64,000 bases of DNA from a virus (Duplodnaviria > Caudoviricetes): the IMG/VR virus record IMGVR_UViG_3300030330_002422, positions 3,574 through 67,573 of that record; one strand, written 5' to 3'. A program made the translations under genes and the position numbers. Each line of letters opens with the position of its first letter. Positions within the stretch are counted from its first letter, which is position 1. Below the pieces are notes generated by a model. That model was given only the letters and a program-made list of their open reading frames with translations. It searched no databases and was not told the DNA's origin. Shown here in pieces: positions 39,879 through 48,407 of the stretch.

Positions 39879-40034
39879 ATGAAATACGAAATAACATACG
39901 AAGATTGGATAGGTATGGGTTGTATTGAAGAAATATCTGCTACTGATGAAAAAGAAGCTGTTATGAAGCTACAACTAAAACTTATAGACGAAGGTGATTT
40001 AATGACTAAACTAATAGAAACCAAAGAATTATGA
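39879..40034 (+). CDS. small hypothetical protein (51 aa)
   Basis: Hand-translated MKYEITYEDWIGMGCIEEISATDEKEAVMKLQLKL...; ATGA overlap with the next gene. Confidence 0.5.
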   Translation: MKYEITYEDWIGMGCIEEISATDEKEAVMKLQLKLIDEGDLMTKLIETKEL

Positions 40035-40570
40035 AAACAGTATACAAAGGCGACCCAAGATACGAGGCTATCAAGGAAAAAATGGATATGCTAGGTATAA
40101 AAGACACTAGCTCTCCAAGACAAGTAAAAAATGGTACAATTGAGTGGGAATTACCAATTAAAAACAACTGGCCAAACCATAACCCAGAGTATATCAGAGT
40201 AGCATCTTTTGCTAGTGGTTATGTAAGAAACCAAAACAGTGGTTACAGTAACTACCAATTAAATAAAAGATGTATGAATGAACCGGAATACTACAAAAGC
40301 TACAAGTGGGTTGATGGTAAACAGGTACACGATGGTAAGTATTACAAGTTTCAGACAAGAGGTTGTAAACTAATACCAATAGAAATAGATAGATTAGAGT
40401 ACATGTTAAAATACTGCATCAAAAACTACTTCATAAAACATGCTAATCAAGTAGCAAATGGTGATTTTTATCCAAAATGGATGTATGAGGACAAATGTAA
40501 TGAGTGTGATAGTAATTCACAACCAGAAGTAAAAGTAATAGTAAATGGACGTAGATATAACGTAATATGA
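40031..40570 (+). CDS. hypothetical protein
   Basis: 179 aa ORF. Confidence 0.6.
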   Translation: MKTVYKGDPRYEAIKEKMDMLGIKDTSSPRQVKNGTIEWELPIKNNWPNHNPEYIRVASFASGYVRNQNSGYSNYQLNKRCMNEPEYYKSYKWVDGKQVHDGKYYKFQTRGCKLIPIEIDRLEYMLKYCIKNYFIKHANQVANGDFYPKWMYEDKCNECDSNSQPEVKVIVNGRRYNVI

Positions 40571-40797
40571 AAAAGAAAATATTTTGGACCGATGAGGCTC
40601 ATTTACACTTCCACAGAAATGGTAAACAATTAAGAGGTGGTTTGTGGTTTAGAGCATTTGACTTGGTTAAGTTTATGAAAAAAGTAGAAGAAGAAGCGGG
40701 TGAAGTAGTAGGATTATGCTTCGAAGGTAATAATGTAGATGTAATAATAAAAGAAAATGAAACTGACAAACAAACAGAAGAGCAAAATCAGGCGTGA
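40567..40797 (+). CDS. hypothetical protein
   Basis: 76 aa ORF, ATGA overlap. Confidence 0.55.
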   Translation: MKKKIFWTDEAHLHFHRNGKQLRGGLWFRAFDLVKFMKKVEEEAGEVVGLCFEGNNVDVIIKENETDKQTEEQNQA

Positions 40798-40897
40798 AGT
40801 TGATATTGAGTTAGGTAATTTACCTTTTAAGCAAAAAATACATAAAAATAAAAAGAAATACAATAGAAAAAACAAACACAAAGACAAATGGGATTAG
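40757..40897 (+). CDS. ArfA-like small basic protein (46 aa)
   Basis: Hand-translated MKLTNKQKSKIRREVDIELGNLPFKQKIHKNKKKYNRKNKHKDKWD; F....K.KK.Y.RK.KH spacing resembles ArfA. Confidence 0.4.
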   Translation: MKLTNKQKSKIRREVDIELGNLPFKQKIHKNKKKYNRKNKHKDKWD

Positions 40898-41025
40898 CAA
40901 TTGGAGCAATAATTTTAGTTTATTTAATTATTAAAGCTGCTTCGGCGGTAGAACAAGATAAGAGACATAAAGAATTTATTAAAAACTTAGAAAAATATGA
41001 CAAAAAAGAGGAAACTAAACAGTAA
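40888..41025 (+). CDS. small membrane-anchored protein (45 aa)
   Basis: MGLAIGAIILVYLIIKAAS... one hydrophobic segment. Confidence 0.4.
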   Translation: MGLAIGAIILVYLIIKAASAVEQDKRHKEFIKNLEKYDKKEETKQ

Positions 41026-41134
41026 AAACCCAAAGTACATGGACAAAAGCCGGTTAACTGAAAGAGAAGTACTTAAAAAAGTATTGTTCAAAGAGGTTAA
41101 AGGTGCTAAAATTTATGGGGTTTGGTATAAATAG
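40997..41134 (+). CDS. small hypothetical protein (45 aa)
   Basis: MTKKRKLNSKNPKYMDKSRLTEREVLKKVLFKEVKGAKIYGVWYK. Confidence 0.5.
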   Translation: MTKKRKLNSKNPKYMDKSRLTEREVLKKVLFKEVKGAKIYGVWYK

Positions 41135-41156
41135 CAAAATTGCTATACACAAATAT

Positions 41157-41323
41157 ACGAGCGTGGCGCGTGAGATGTGTAGTCGAAAAGTGAGTACCTC
41201 GCCTAGAACAGGTGTATGATACTGTCAAAGTATCACGAGCAAATAACTATCGACATCTTACACAGTGAATTGGCCCGATGAGTGATGGTAACGAAACTGT
41301 GTGTACTCACTTGGCCACCTCGT
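41157..41323 (+). ncRNA. candidate pseudoknotted structured RNA upstream of tRNA-Arg
   Basis: Non-coding GC-elevated island. Stems 41157-67/41314-23, 41170-78/41253-61, 41188-97/41303-12 (10 bp perfect, crossing), 41217-23/41229-35, 41262-66/41296-300. Confidence 0.65.
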
Positions 41324-41329
41324 TTTTAT

Positions 41330-41403
41330 GGCCGAATAGCTCAACTGGATAGAGCAACAGCCTTCTAAGCTGTAGGTTGCAGGTTCGAGTCCTGCTTCGG
41401 TCA
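41330..41403 (+). tRNA. tRNA-Arg (anticodon TCT)
   Basis: GGCCGAA/TTCGGTC acceptor, D-arm TAGCTCAACTGGATAGAGCA, anticodon arm ACAGC-CTTCTAA-GCTGT, T-arm GCAGG-TTCGAGT-CCTGC; no encoded CCA. Confidence 0.95.
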
Positions 41404-41435
41404 CAAACCAATTACGATTGGTGAACGATAATATA
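41403..41435 (+). promoter_or_regulatory. putative early promoter, copy 6
   Basis: ACAAACCAATTACG-N9-CGATAATATA. Confidence 0.75.
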
Positions 41436-41460
41436 TATGTAACAAATAAAATTAAATGAT

Positions 41461-41850
41461 ATGCAAGAACTTGAAAACAAAAAAGCTGCGTTAGAGCTTT
41501 TACAAAATGAAACTAACGAAAAGTTGCAAGATTATAGGCAACAAATATCTATTTTACAAAAACAAATAGATGATTACAACAAACCAGAGTTAACACCAAT
41601 GTATATGGACAAGGTATACGAGGCAATTGAAACTGCTGTTGATGGTTTTGACTTTGACGATACTGATAATTACGACATTGAGTACGGTATTGATTATGAT
41701 GGTAGAGTACATTGTGAGAGCTTTGGTTTTTGCAACGCGAGTGATTTAGTACAAGAAGTCGCAGATGAAGTAATGAAACTATTTAGAGAGGCTGAATGCC
41801 CTGAAGAATTAGATACAACAGAACCTGATAACCATAAACCAGTAGAATAA
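41461..41850 (+). CDS. hypothetical protein (coiled coil plus acidic domain)
   Basis: 129 aa ORF. Confidence 0.6.
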   Translation: MQELENKKAALELLQNETNEKLQDYRQQISILQKQIDDYNKPELTPMYMDKVYEAIETAVDGFDFDDTDNYDIEYGIDYDGRVHCESFGFCNASDLVQEVADEVMKLFREAECPEELDTTEPDNHKPVE

Positions 41851-41851
41851 T

Positions 41852-42085
41852 ATGAAGACATTATATGACAAACTCAAACCAGAGTATAAAAACAAATTAG
41901 AAAGCAATAAGTTCGAGTACGAATCTTCTATTAAAGCTATAGAAGACACGCTTAAAACAAACCATAGTTGGTATAGTCTGAGTATGCATGATATATCTAA
42001 CATCCTTGTATTCACTGATGTTACATTATACTCTATAACTAGTTCAGACCTTATGTTTGGTGAAATGTTTTTTAACGAAGATTAA
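41852..42085 (+). CDS. hypothetical protein
   Basis: 77 aa ORF. Confidence 0.55.
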   Translation: MKTLYDKLKPEYKNKLESNKFEYESSIKAIEDTLKTNHSWYSLSMHDISNILVFTDVTLYSITSSDLMFGEMFFNED

Positions 42086-42096
42086 ATTAAATAGAT

Positions 42097-42306
42097 ATGA
42101 TAGTATTAACAGTATTAGACTTTGAAGACGGATTAGTGTATCAGTATCATATAGATATTACGCTTAATTCAAAATCAGACAGACTCAATAGACTAGGAGA
42201 GCTAGACTTTGAAAAAATTATTATTGACCAAGGTCATAGACTAGATGATTGCGAGTGGATGTCACATAGTGACGACACTATTAACAAGATTAAAATTGAA
42301 TTATGA
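42097..42306 (+). CDS. hypothetical protein
   Basis: 69 aa ORF. Confidence 0.55.
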   Translation: MIVLTVLDFEDGLVYQYHIDITLNSKSDRLNRLGELDFEKIIIDQGHRLDDCEWMSHSDDTINKIKIEL

Positions 42307-42620
42307 AAAATACTAATGAAATAGAAAAGCAATTGCAGCGCAAAGCTGATAATTATTTAGAACAAAAAGCAAAAGAAATTCAAAACATACTGAAAGAAGT
42401 TAAAGAATTTGCAGGTGTAAGAGCTAGTTTTTATGACTATATTGCAGACTATACCGAATTTAAACATACTGACGCACCAAAAGCAGATGATTCTTGCAGG
42501 TTTACAGACTTCGGTAACATGAAAGATAAGTTTCACAAAGAGTTAAAGCTTAACTTTAAGAATGCTTTAGTGGCTAAATATACAAAAGAATTAATTACTA
42601 AACTAGAAATATTTGAATAA
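42303..42620 (+). CDS. hypothetical protein
   Basis: 105 aa ORF. Confidence 0.55.
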   Translation: MKNTNEIEKQLQRKADNYLEQKAKEIQNILKEVKEFAGVRASFYDYIADYTEFKHTDAPKADDSCRFTDFGNMKDKFHKELKLNFKNALVAKYTKELITKLEIFE

Positions 42621-42621
42621 A

Positions 42622-42873
42622 ATGAAAGAAAATAAATTACCAAAATGGTTCAACGGTGAAGTGTATGCCGAAGGAGCCGAAGTAACAAACAGATTTGGTG
42701 GTGACAGTTGCTACCTAAATGCAGAAGAGCTTAGTATGTATGACTTTGTCATAGGCGCTAGTAATATGTATGAAATGGGTATGCACCACGATAAATTAGT
42801 AACCGATCTTAGAAAAGGTCTTGACTGGTTTAGAAAAAATAACGCGGAAGCATATATGAAATTATTAGATTAA
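42622..42873 (+). CDS. hypothetical protein
   Basis: Start moved to ATG 42622; ...DLRKGLDWFRKNNAEAYMKLLD. Confidence 0.6.
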   Translation: MKENKLPKWFNGEVYAEGAEVTNRFGGDSCYLNAEELSMYDFVIGASNMYEMGMHHDKLVTDLRKGLDWFRKNNAEAYMKLLD

Positions 42874-42874
42874 C

Positions 42875-43147
42875 ATGGATATAACAGGAGAACAAATAGA
42901 AAATTATATTATCAACGAGCTTGATAGTAAACCAAGACACAATTGCATGGCTTTAGCTGAGGCTATTAACCATATAGCAGACGAAGTCGAATATGACTCG
43001 TTTGCTTTAATGCAGTTGTTGTTAGAAAATAAACCAATAGATGCTTTGCATACACATAGCTATGGCTTTCACACGGCTAACGGTAGGTCGTTAATTGAAG
43101 GTATGCAAAACGCTTATTATACCGAAGTACAATTTTATGTCGACTAG
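42875..43147 (+). CDS. hypothetical protein
   Basis: 90 aa ORF. Confidence 0.55.
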   Translation: MDITGEQIENYIINELDSKPRHNCMALAEAINHIADEVEYDSFALMQLLLENKPIDALHTHSYGFHTANGRSLIEGMQNAYYTEVQFYVD

Positions 43148-43502
43148 AGCACAAATTAGATTTGCAACAAGAGAAGAAGGTGTATCGTTTAGCGAACAAC
43201 CAAATGCTATACATGCACAGTTTTACAAACACAGCGATGGTTATCCAGAAGGATTAGGTGTAGATATAGCCAAGTCATTACTAGATTCAACCAAAATATA
43301 TAATTGGGAAATAGAACACTTAGATACAAAACATAGCGATCTTGAGTACATATATTATATATGGCAAGCACCACAGAAAACTACATGGATAAGTATATTT
43401 GAAGTAAGGCCATTTGTAGACCAAGTTGGCGAGTGTATATTTGTAGGTGAACCACAAAAACTAATTGATAAATACAAACAAAATACGGACTATGACGGAT
43501 AA
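43137..43502 (+). CDS. conserved phage protein (YxHxDGYP family)
   Basis: Start moved to ATG 43137 (MSTRAQI...QFYKHSDGYPEGLG). Confidence 0.55.
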   Translation: MSTRAQIRFATREEGVSFSEQPNAIHAQFYKHSDGYPEGLGVDIAKSLLDSTKIYNWEIEHLDTKHSDLEYIYYIWQAPQKTTWISIFEVRPFVDQVGECIFVGEPQKLIDKYKQNTDYDG

Positions 43503-43506
43503 TATA
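43474..43506 (+). promoter_or_regulatory. putative early promoter, copy 7
   Basis: ACAAACAAAATACG-N9-GGATAATATA. Confidence 0.7.
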
Positions 43507-43509
43507 AAT

Positions 43510-43776
43510 ATGACAGATGAAACAATAGATAAATTAGTTAACAAGCTAGTTGACAGATTAGCTGGCGCTATGATAAAAAGAATATATGGCGTCGAACAAC
43601 AAGAGGCTAGAGACTCAATGTCTTATTATGCTGATAATATTGACGACCATCACGTTGGTGAGTTAGCTAGGCTAATGACACTAATGAATATATACGAAGA
43701 AAGAGAAGAGTATGAAAAGTGTGCAGCTGTAAACAAACACTTAAAAAGAATAAATAAAATAGTAGACAAATTATGA
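43510..43776 (+). CDS. hypothetical protein with C-terminal UVR-like helix pair
   Basis: EREEYEKCAAVNKHL resembles the UvrB/C motif; start moved to ATG 43510. Confidence 0.45.
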   Translation: MTDETIDKLVNKLVDRLAGAMIKRIYGVEQQEARDSMSYYADNIDDHHVGELARLMTLMNIYEEREEYEKCAAVNKHLKRINKIVDKL

Positions 43777-44627
43777 GAAAAAAACCAATGCTGGCATATC
43801 CAGTCAGCGACAAACCAATAGACTACAACAATACCGTATTCATGCAACCAAAGCTTGATGGCGTACGTTGTCTTATACAAGCAGAAAAGCTACCATTTGA
43901 TATGGGTTATGATGTTGTAGCTTACTCACGTACAGGTAAAGAGTGGAAAAATATTGACCACATACTAGAAAATCTAGTACCATTTTTTACAAAACACCCA
44001 AATGTTATACTCGACGGCGAATTGTATAATCACGATTTTAGAGATGATTTTGAATCTATCATATCTATGGTCAGAAAAACAAAACCAACAGCAGAGGACA
44101 GGCTTAAATCAGCTGAGAATGTACAATTTCATTGTTATGATATTGTAGACGAAACAACGCCATTTGTAGACCGCATCAAGTTTATATATGATAACTTGAG
44201 AGACTCTTATTGTGTTAGAACTGTCGAGTCAGAATCTGTTCTCAATGATGTAGATGCTAAATCATTTCATAAATATTGTCTAAAACAAGGTTACGAAGGC
44301 TCTATACTACGTACCAACGAAGTTTACAAATGTGGTAGATCATGGTCATTGCGTAAATTCAAAGACTTTCATGACGCTGAAGCTAAACTAGTTAGCTGGG
44401 TCGAAGGTAAAGGCAAACGTAAAGGTACAATCGGCAAGTTTATAGCGGTTGATGCTGATGGCAACGAGTTCGGTATGCCAGTTATGGACAATTTCAAAAA
44501 GTTACAAACAATGTTCAAAGAAATGCAGTCATGGGTTGGTAAAGAAGCTACGTTCACATATTTTGAGCGTACAAAAGCTGGCTCGTACAGACACCCTTTG
44601 TTTAAAGCAATTAGAGATTACGAATAA
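43773..44627 (+). CDS. ATP-dependent DNA ligase
   Basis: Motif I QPKLDGVR, III ILDGELY, IIIa FHCYDI, IV GYEGSILR, V LRKFK, OB domain RHP. Confidence 0.93.
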   Translation: MRKKPMLAYPVSDKPIDYNNTVFMQPKLDGVRCLIQAEKLPFDMGYDVVAYSRTGKEWKNIDHILENLVPFFTKHPNVILDGELYNHDFRDDFESIISMVRKTKPTAEDRLKSAENVQFHCYDIVDETTPFVDRIKFIYDNLRDSYCVRTVESESVLNDVDAKSFHKYCLKQGYEGSILRTNEVYKCGRSWSLRKFKDFHDAEAKLVSWVEGKGKRKGTIGKFIAVDADGNEFGMPVMDNFKKLQTMFKEMQSWVGKEATFTYFERTKAGSYRHPLFKAIRDYE

Positions 44628-45103
44628 TGAATATATTTTACTTACACCAAAACCCAGAAAAAGCCGCTAGATACCAATATAATAAGCATGTAGTCAAGAT
44701 GATACTTGAGTCTGCTCAAATGTTGTGTACTGCACACCACTGTATTATGGGTGACGATGCTGATGTACCATACAAACCAGCGCATAAAAACCACCCATCA
44801 ACTAAATGGGCTAGACAATCAGGTGAGAATTACACCTGGTTATACAGACACATGATAGAGCTTGGTAAAGAATATGAAAAACGTTATGGTAAAAAACATT
44901 TATCTATAATTAAGTGTGAAGACCCGTTGTCTATATTACCAGGAGGTATATTAGAAACAGGATTAACTGAAATGCCGCAGTGTATGCCTGATGAATACAA
45001 AGATAAGTGTAGTGTACAAGCCTACTGGAATTATTACATAGGCGAAAAACACACAGTAGCAAACCCTAAAACCGAAAAAATATATGAACAAAGACCTTAT
45101 TGA
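44627..45103 (+). CDS. pyrimidine-dimer DNA glycosylase (endonuclease V-like)
   Basis: MNIFYL..KHVVKMILESAQMLCTAH..HKNHPSTKW..NYTWL..EYEKRYGKKH..MPQCMPDEY. Confidence 0.75.
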   Translation: MNIFYLHQNPEKAARYQYNKHVVKMILESAQMLCTAHHCIMGDDADVPYKPAHKNHPSTKWARQSGENYTWLYRHMIELGKEYEKRYGKKHLSIIKCEDPLSILPGGILETGLTEMPQCMPDEYKDKCSVQAYWNYYIGEKHTVANPKTEKIYEQRPY

Positions 45104-45190
45104 AAGAATTAGAGTATTTAATAATATTAAATACGGTACTAATGATAATGAAACAAGAATTATAATAGCAAAATTAAAACCTCAAACCAA

Positions 45191-45211
45191 GGGGACTGTG
45201 ACAACAGCCCC
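45191..45211 (+). other. GC-rich hairpin upstream of putative replication protein
   Basis: GGGG-A-CTGT-GACA-ACAG-CCCC; contains TGTGACA, also found at 37122. Confidence 0.4.
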
Positions 45212-45235
45212 TAAATAGAATATAATAACAGGCTT

Positions 45236-45856
45236 ATGTCATACGAAAGAAATTTGAAATACCTAAATGACAGGAGATTAGTTTATAGACAACATCCTAA
45301 ATCAGATAAACCAACTATTGATACTAAAGATTTTATGTATTACGAGCATGGTACTTATCAATGTTACGAATTATTTAGGTCATCTGCTAAAATAACAACT
45401 TATAAATCTCTAAAATGGCATTTACTTGTATTATGGTACTTAAACCCTAATCTTACGCCAGATGATTTTACTGCTTTAGCGGAATACATAGTACATAAGC
45501 CAAACGGGTTTGTTAGTTTTAACATATCAGAACGTTTATTAGAAAAAGTAATATATGAGGTTAGCATGTCTGACCTTGATAGACCACCTAAAAATAAATT
45601 ACGTAAAGTAATATTCAAACCATTTACAGGTCTAACCAAACAAGAAAAATTATCTATCGTTGGTCAATTGGTAGGTCAAGGCCCAAGAGTCTGTTCTGAC
45701 GACATTTATCAATGTATGATAGATATGCATGACATGGGCAAAAAGATTACGATAGGACGCATCGCAGGACTGTTAGACTGTTCATCACGTACAATACACA
45801 GAAACATGTGTAATGAACTTAAAAAAGAAAAAGAATTACTAAATCAATCACTATGA
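45236..45856 (+). CDS. putative replication/DNA-binding protein (PriCT-like helical region plus C-terminal HTH)
   Basis: C-terminal ITIGRIAGLLDCSSRTIHRNM HTH; central helical region. Confidence 0.45.
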   Translation: MSYERNLKYLNDRRLVYRQHPKSDKPTIDTKDFMYYEHGTYQCYELFRSSAKITTYKSLKWHLLVLWYLNPNLTPDDFTALAEYIVHKPNGFVSFNISERLLEKVIYEVSMSDLDRPPKNKLRKVIFKPFTGLTKQEKLSIVGQLVGQGPRVCSDDIYQCMIDMHDMGKKITIGRIAGLLDCSSRTIHRNMCNELKKEKELLNQSL

Positions 45857-46599
45857 AAAAATATGATCAAGATAACTATTCCAAGTATAAGAACGATGTT
45901 AACGCAGCGATCAAGAACTTAGATAAACCTTGGGAGTTATTAACAAGAGATAACCTGATAATAAAGTTTATGCCTCTTGTAGAAAACTTAGCTAGAAAAT
46001 TTTCAACATCACATCAAGCTACAGGTGTTATGTCAATAAACGACTTGATACAGTTTGGCCACTTAGGTTTAATAAAAGCTGTAGATAAAATATTATGGGC
46101 TACAATAAAAGAAGCTAAAGACCCTGAAAAAAGATTAAAATCTTTTCTAGCAAAAAGAATTAAAGGTGCAATACGTAGAGGTATTGATAATACAAGAGGT
46201 ACAATGCGTATACCAGAGCACAAACTAAATGAAATGAGAAAATCAGATGACGATAAAAAATCTTTATTATATAACTCTGTGTTTACATCTGTAGAAGACT
46301 TAATAAAAGATAATGAAGATATAGTATATGAAATACCAGATATTAACAATGATACTAATTATGATGCTTTGTGTAAGTTCTTAGTTGATAAGTTAGATTC
46401 AACGCTTACAGCTAAAGAAGCTAGCATAATAAAACTTAGTTACGGGTTAAATTGTGAGAAACATTCTGCTAAAGAAATAGCAACAATATTAAACATAAAG
46501 GGTGATAGCGCTTATGTAAGAATATCACAGCTAAAAAGACAAGCTATTGACAAGTTAAGAAATACATTAGACCACTCGCAAGTGCTTGATTATCTGTAA
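45853..46599 (+). CDS. phage sigma-70-family RNA polymerase sigma factor
   Basis: Region 2 (LVENLARKF..DLIQFGHLGLIKAVDK..KRIKGAIRR) and region 4 HTH (LTAKEASIIKLSYGL..SAKEIATIL..RISQLKRQAIDKLR). Confidence 0.85.
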   Translation: MKKYDQDNYSKYKNDVNAAIKNLDKPWELLTRDNLIIKFMPLVENLARKFSTSHQATGVMSINDLIQFGHLGLIKAVDKILWATIKEAKDPEKRLKSFLAKRIKGAIRRGIDNTRGTMRIPEHKLNEMRKSDDDKKSLLYNSVFTSVEDLIKDNEDIVYEIPDINNDTNYDALCKFLVDKLDSTLTAKEASIIKLSYGLNCEKHSAKEIATILNIKGDSAYVRISQLKRQAIDKLRNTLDHSQVLDYL

Positions 46600-46660
46600 G
46601 TTACTAAGTTAAATAATAAAATTCTCGTGTGATAATATATATACACCAAATACCAATATT

Positions 46661-47224
46661 ATGAAAGAATTAAACCAAAAACTAGCTACAATTCAGACTG
46701 AATTAAAAGCTAAAAAATCGAGTTACAACTCGTTCGGTAAGTATCATTTCAGGAAAGCCGAAGACATCTTAGAGGCAACAAAGCCTTTTTTATTAAAACA
46801 CAAAGTGTCTGTTACTATAAACGAAGAAATAATAGCTACAGACCCAGTTCCTACACTTAAATCAACAGCAACAATTACAGATGGTCAAGATGCTATACAC
46901 GCGACCGCTATTGTCGGCGTAGACCTAAATCAAAAAGGTATGCAAACAGCACAACAATTTGGCGCAGCGTCTTCTTATGGAAAGAAATATGCATTAGGTA
47001 ATCTATTTTTAATTGATGACACTCAAGACGCCGATGCTAACAATGATCACGGTAAATCTAAAGCTGTTACTAAAATTAAACAAGCTGCTAAACCAGCTAT
47101 AACCAAAGAACAAATAGCTAAAGCTAAGGAGTATATGGCTGCAGGAGGTAATATTGAGGCTATTGAAACTAAATACAAATTGACAAATGAACAAAAAGCA
47201 GATATTACAAAGGCTAAAAAATGA
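46661..47224 (+). CDS. erf: ERF-family ssDNA-annealing protein
   Basis: KLATIQTELKAKKS..NSFGKY.FR..EDI; QQFGAASSYGKKYALGNLFLIDDTQDAD. Confidence 0.85.
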   Translation: MKELNQKLATIQTELKAKKSSYNSFGKYHFRKAEDILEATKPFLLKHKVSVTINEEIIATDPVPTLKSTATITDGQDAIHATAIVGVDLNQKGMQTAQQFGAASSYGKKYALGNLFLIDDTQDADANNDHGKSKAVTKIKQAAKPAITKEQIAKAKEYMAAGGNIEAIETKYKLTNEQKADITKAKK

Positions 47225-47915
47225 CGAAGACTATTACGGTGATTTTGGTAATCAGTTTTTATCTAATTCACACGTTGGTAAACTACTGAAAGATCCGTTA
47301 AACGTCTTCAAGCCTAGCAAACCATCACCAGCATTTTTAGTTGGTGGGTACTTTCACACTTGTATACTAGAACCAGATAAAATAGACAAGTATAGAGTAA
47401 TAAAGTCTAGCACTAGAAATACAAAAGAGTATAAAGATGTTAGTGGTGGCGAGCTATGTCTACTACAAAAAGAGGTAGACGAAATCGAGTTGATGAGAGA
47501 TAAACTAATGGCTAATGATATATGTAGAGATTTAGTACAAGGAAACACGGAGTATGAAGTTCCAGGTGTTACAGATTTATTTAACAATAAATGGAAAGGT
47601 AAAGCAGATATTATTAACCACGATGAAAAACTAGTAGTCGATTTAAAAACAACAGCAGACATTGACAAGTTTCAATGGTCAGCGTCTAAATTTAACTATG
47701 ATTCACAGGCTTATATTTATAGTAAGTTATTTGGATATGAGATGTTATTTATAGTTATAGACAAGACGACACACCAAATAGGTATGTTTGATTGTTCACC
47801 AGAGTTTTATAAACGAGGTGAAGACAAGGTGAGTAAAGCAAGTGACGCTTATGACTTGTTTTACAAGACCAAGGACTTTGATCCTAAACAGTATTTCATA
47901 AGCAAAACCCTTTAA
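47187..47915 (+). CDS. PD-(D/E)XK exonuclease (RecE/exonuclease VIII-like)
   Basis: AFLVGGYFHTCILEP; WKGKADII..VVDLKTT; YDSQAYIY; adjacent to erf. Confidence 0.8.
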   Translation: MNKKQILQRLKNDEDYYGDFGNQFLSNSHVGKLLKDPLNVFKPSKPSPAFLVGGYFHTCILEPDKIDKYRVIKSSTRNTKEYKDVSGGELCLLQKEVDEIELMRDKLMANDICRDLVQGNTEYEVPGVTDLFNNKWKGKADIINHDEKLVVDLKTTADIDKFQWSASKFNYDSQAYIYSKLFGYEMLFIVIDKTTHQIGMFDCSPEFYKRGEDKVSKASDAYDLFYKTKDFDPKQYFISKTL

Positions 47916-47925
47916 ACCAATTATT

Positions 47926-48093
47926 ATGGCAAGAACAAAAACAAAAGTATGTGACGTTACAGGATTAAAAACTTCTGAAAAGAATTTTTACAAAAATCAA
48001 AGTCATGTTAAAGCTGTAGACAATATTAGAAGATCAACGTCTGCGACTAAAGAACAATTACAAAGAATGTTTAACCAATTAATGAATTACTAA
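47926..48093 (+). CDS. small hypothetical protein (55 aa)
   Basis: Hand-translated MARTKTKVCDVTGLKTSEKNFYKNQSHVKAVDNIRR... Confidence 0.55.
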   Translation: MARTKTKVCDVTGLKTSEKNFYKNQSHVKAVDNIRRSTSATKEQLQRMFNQLMNY

Positions 48094-48095
48094 TT

Positions 48096-48404
48096 ATGGC
48101 AAGTATTATTAAAACTAGTATTAATCTTAACAACATACCTAAAGATAAAATCTTTGAGGGTAAAAAAGGTAAATACTTACCGATTACAATTACACTGAAC
48201 AATGAGCCAGATCAGTTTGGCAACCAAGGTCCAGTTGTAGTTGAACAGACAAAAGACGAAAGAGATGCTAAGATGGAAAAAACGTATCTCGGTAACGTCA
48301 AAGTAGTTTGGACTGACGGAAACAATGTTGACACAGCTCCAAGAGATAATAACCATACAGCTGCAGCGCCTGCTCCTGCTACAGCTGAAGATTTACCGTT
48401 TTAA
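48096..48404 (+). CDS. putative single-stranded DNA-binding protein
   Basis: 102 aa, beta-rich with flexible tail ending EDLPF; precedes primase-helicase. Confidence 0.6.
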   Translation: MASIIKTSINLNNIPKDKIFEGKKGKYLPITITLNNEPDQFGNQGPVVVEQTKDERDAKMEKTYLGNVKVVWTDGNNVDTAPRDNNHTAAAPAPATAEDLPF

Positions 48405-48407
48405 TAG

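Noticed and set aside
41259-41302. Second hammerhead inside the tRNA-linked RNA (CCGATGAG...CGAAAC)
   Set aside because: U4 is C, the cleavage triplet would be GUG, stem II is only 2 bp and the 7 nt available cannot form stem I.
37333-43506. Seven repeats with variable internal spacers as a CRISPR or mini-array
   Set aside because: Copies are hundreds to thousands of bases apart, each precedes a gene, the spacer is only 9 nt and no cas genes are present. A promoter explains them better.
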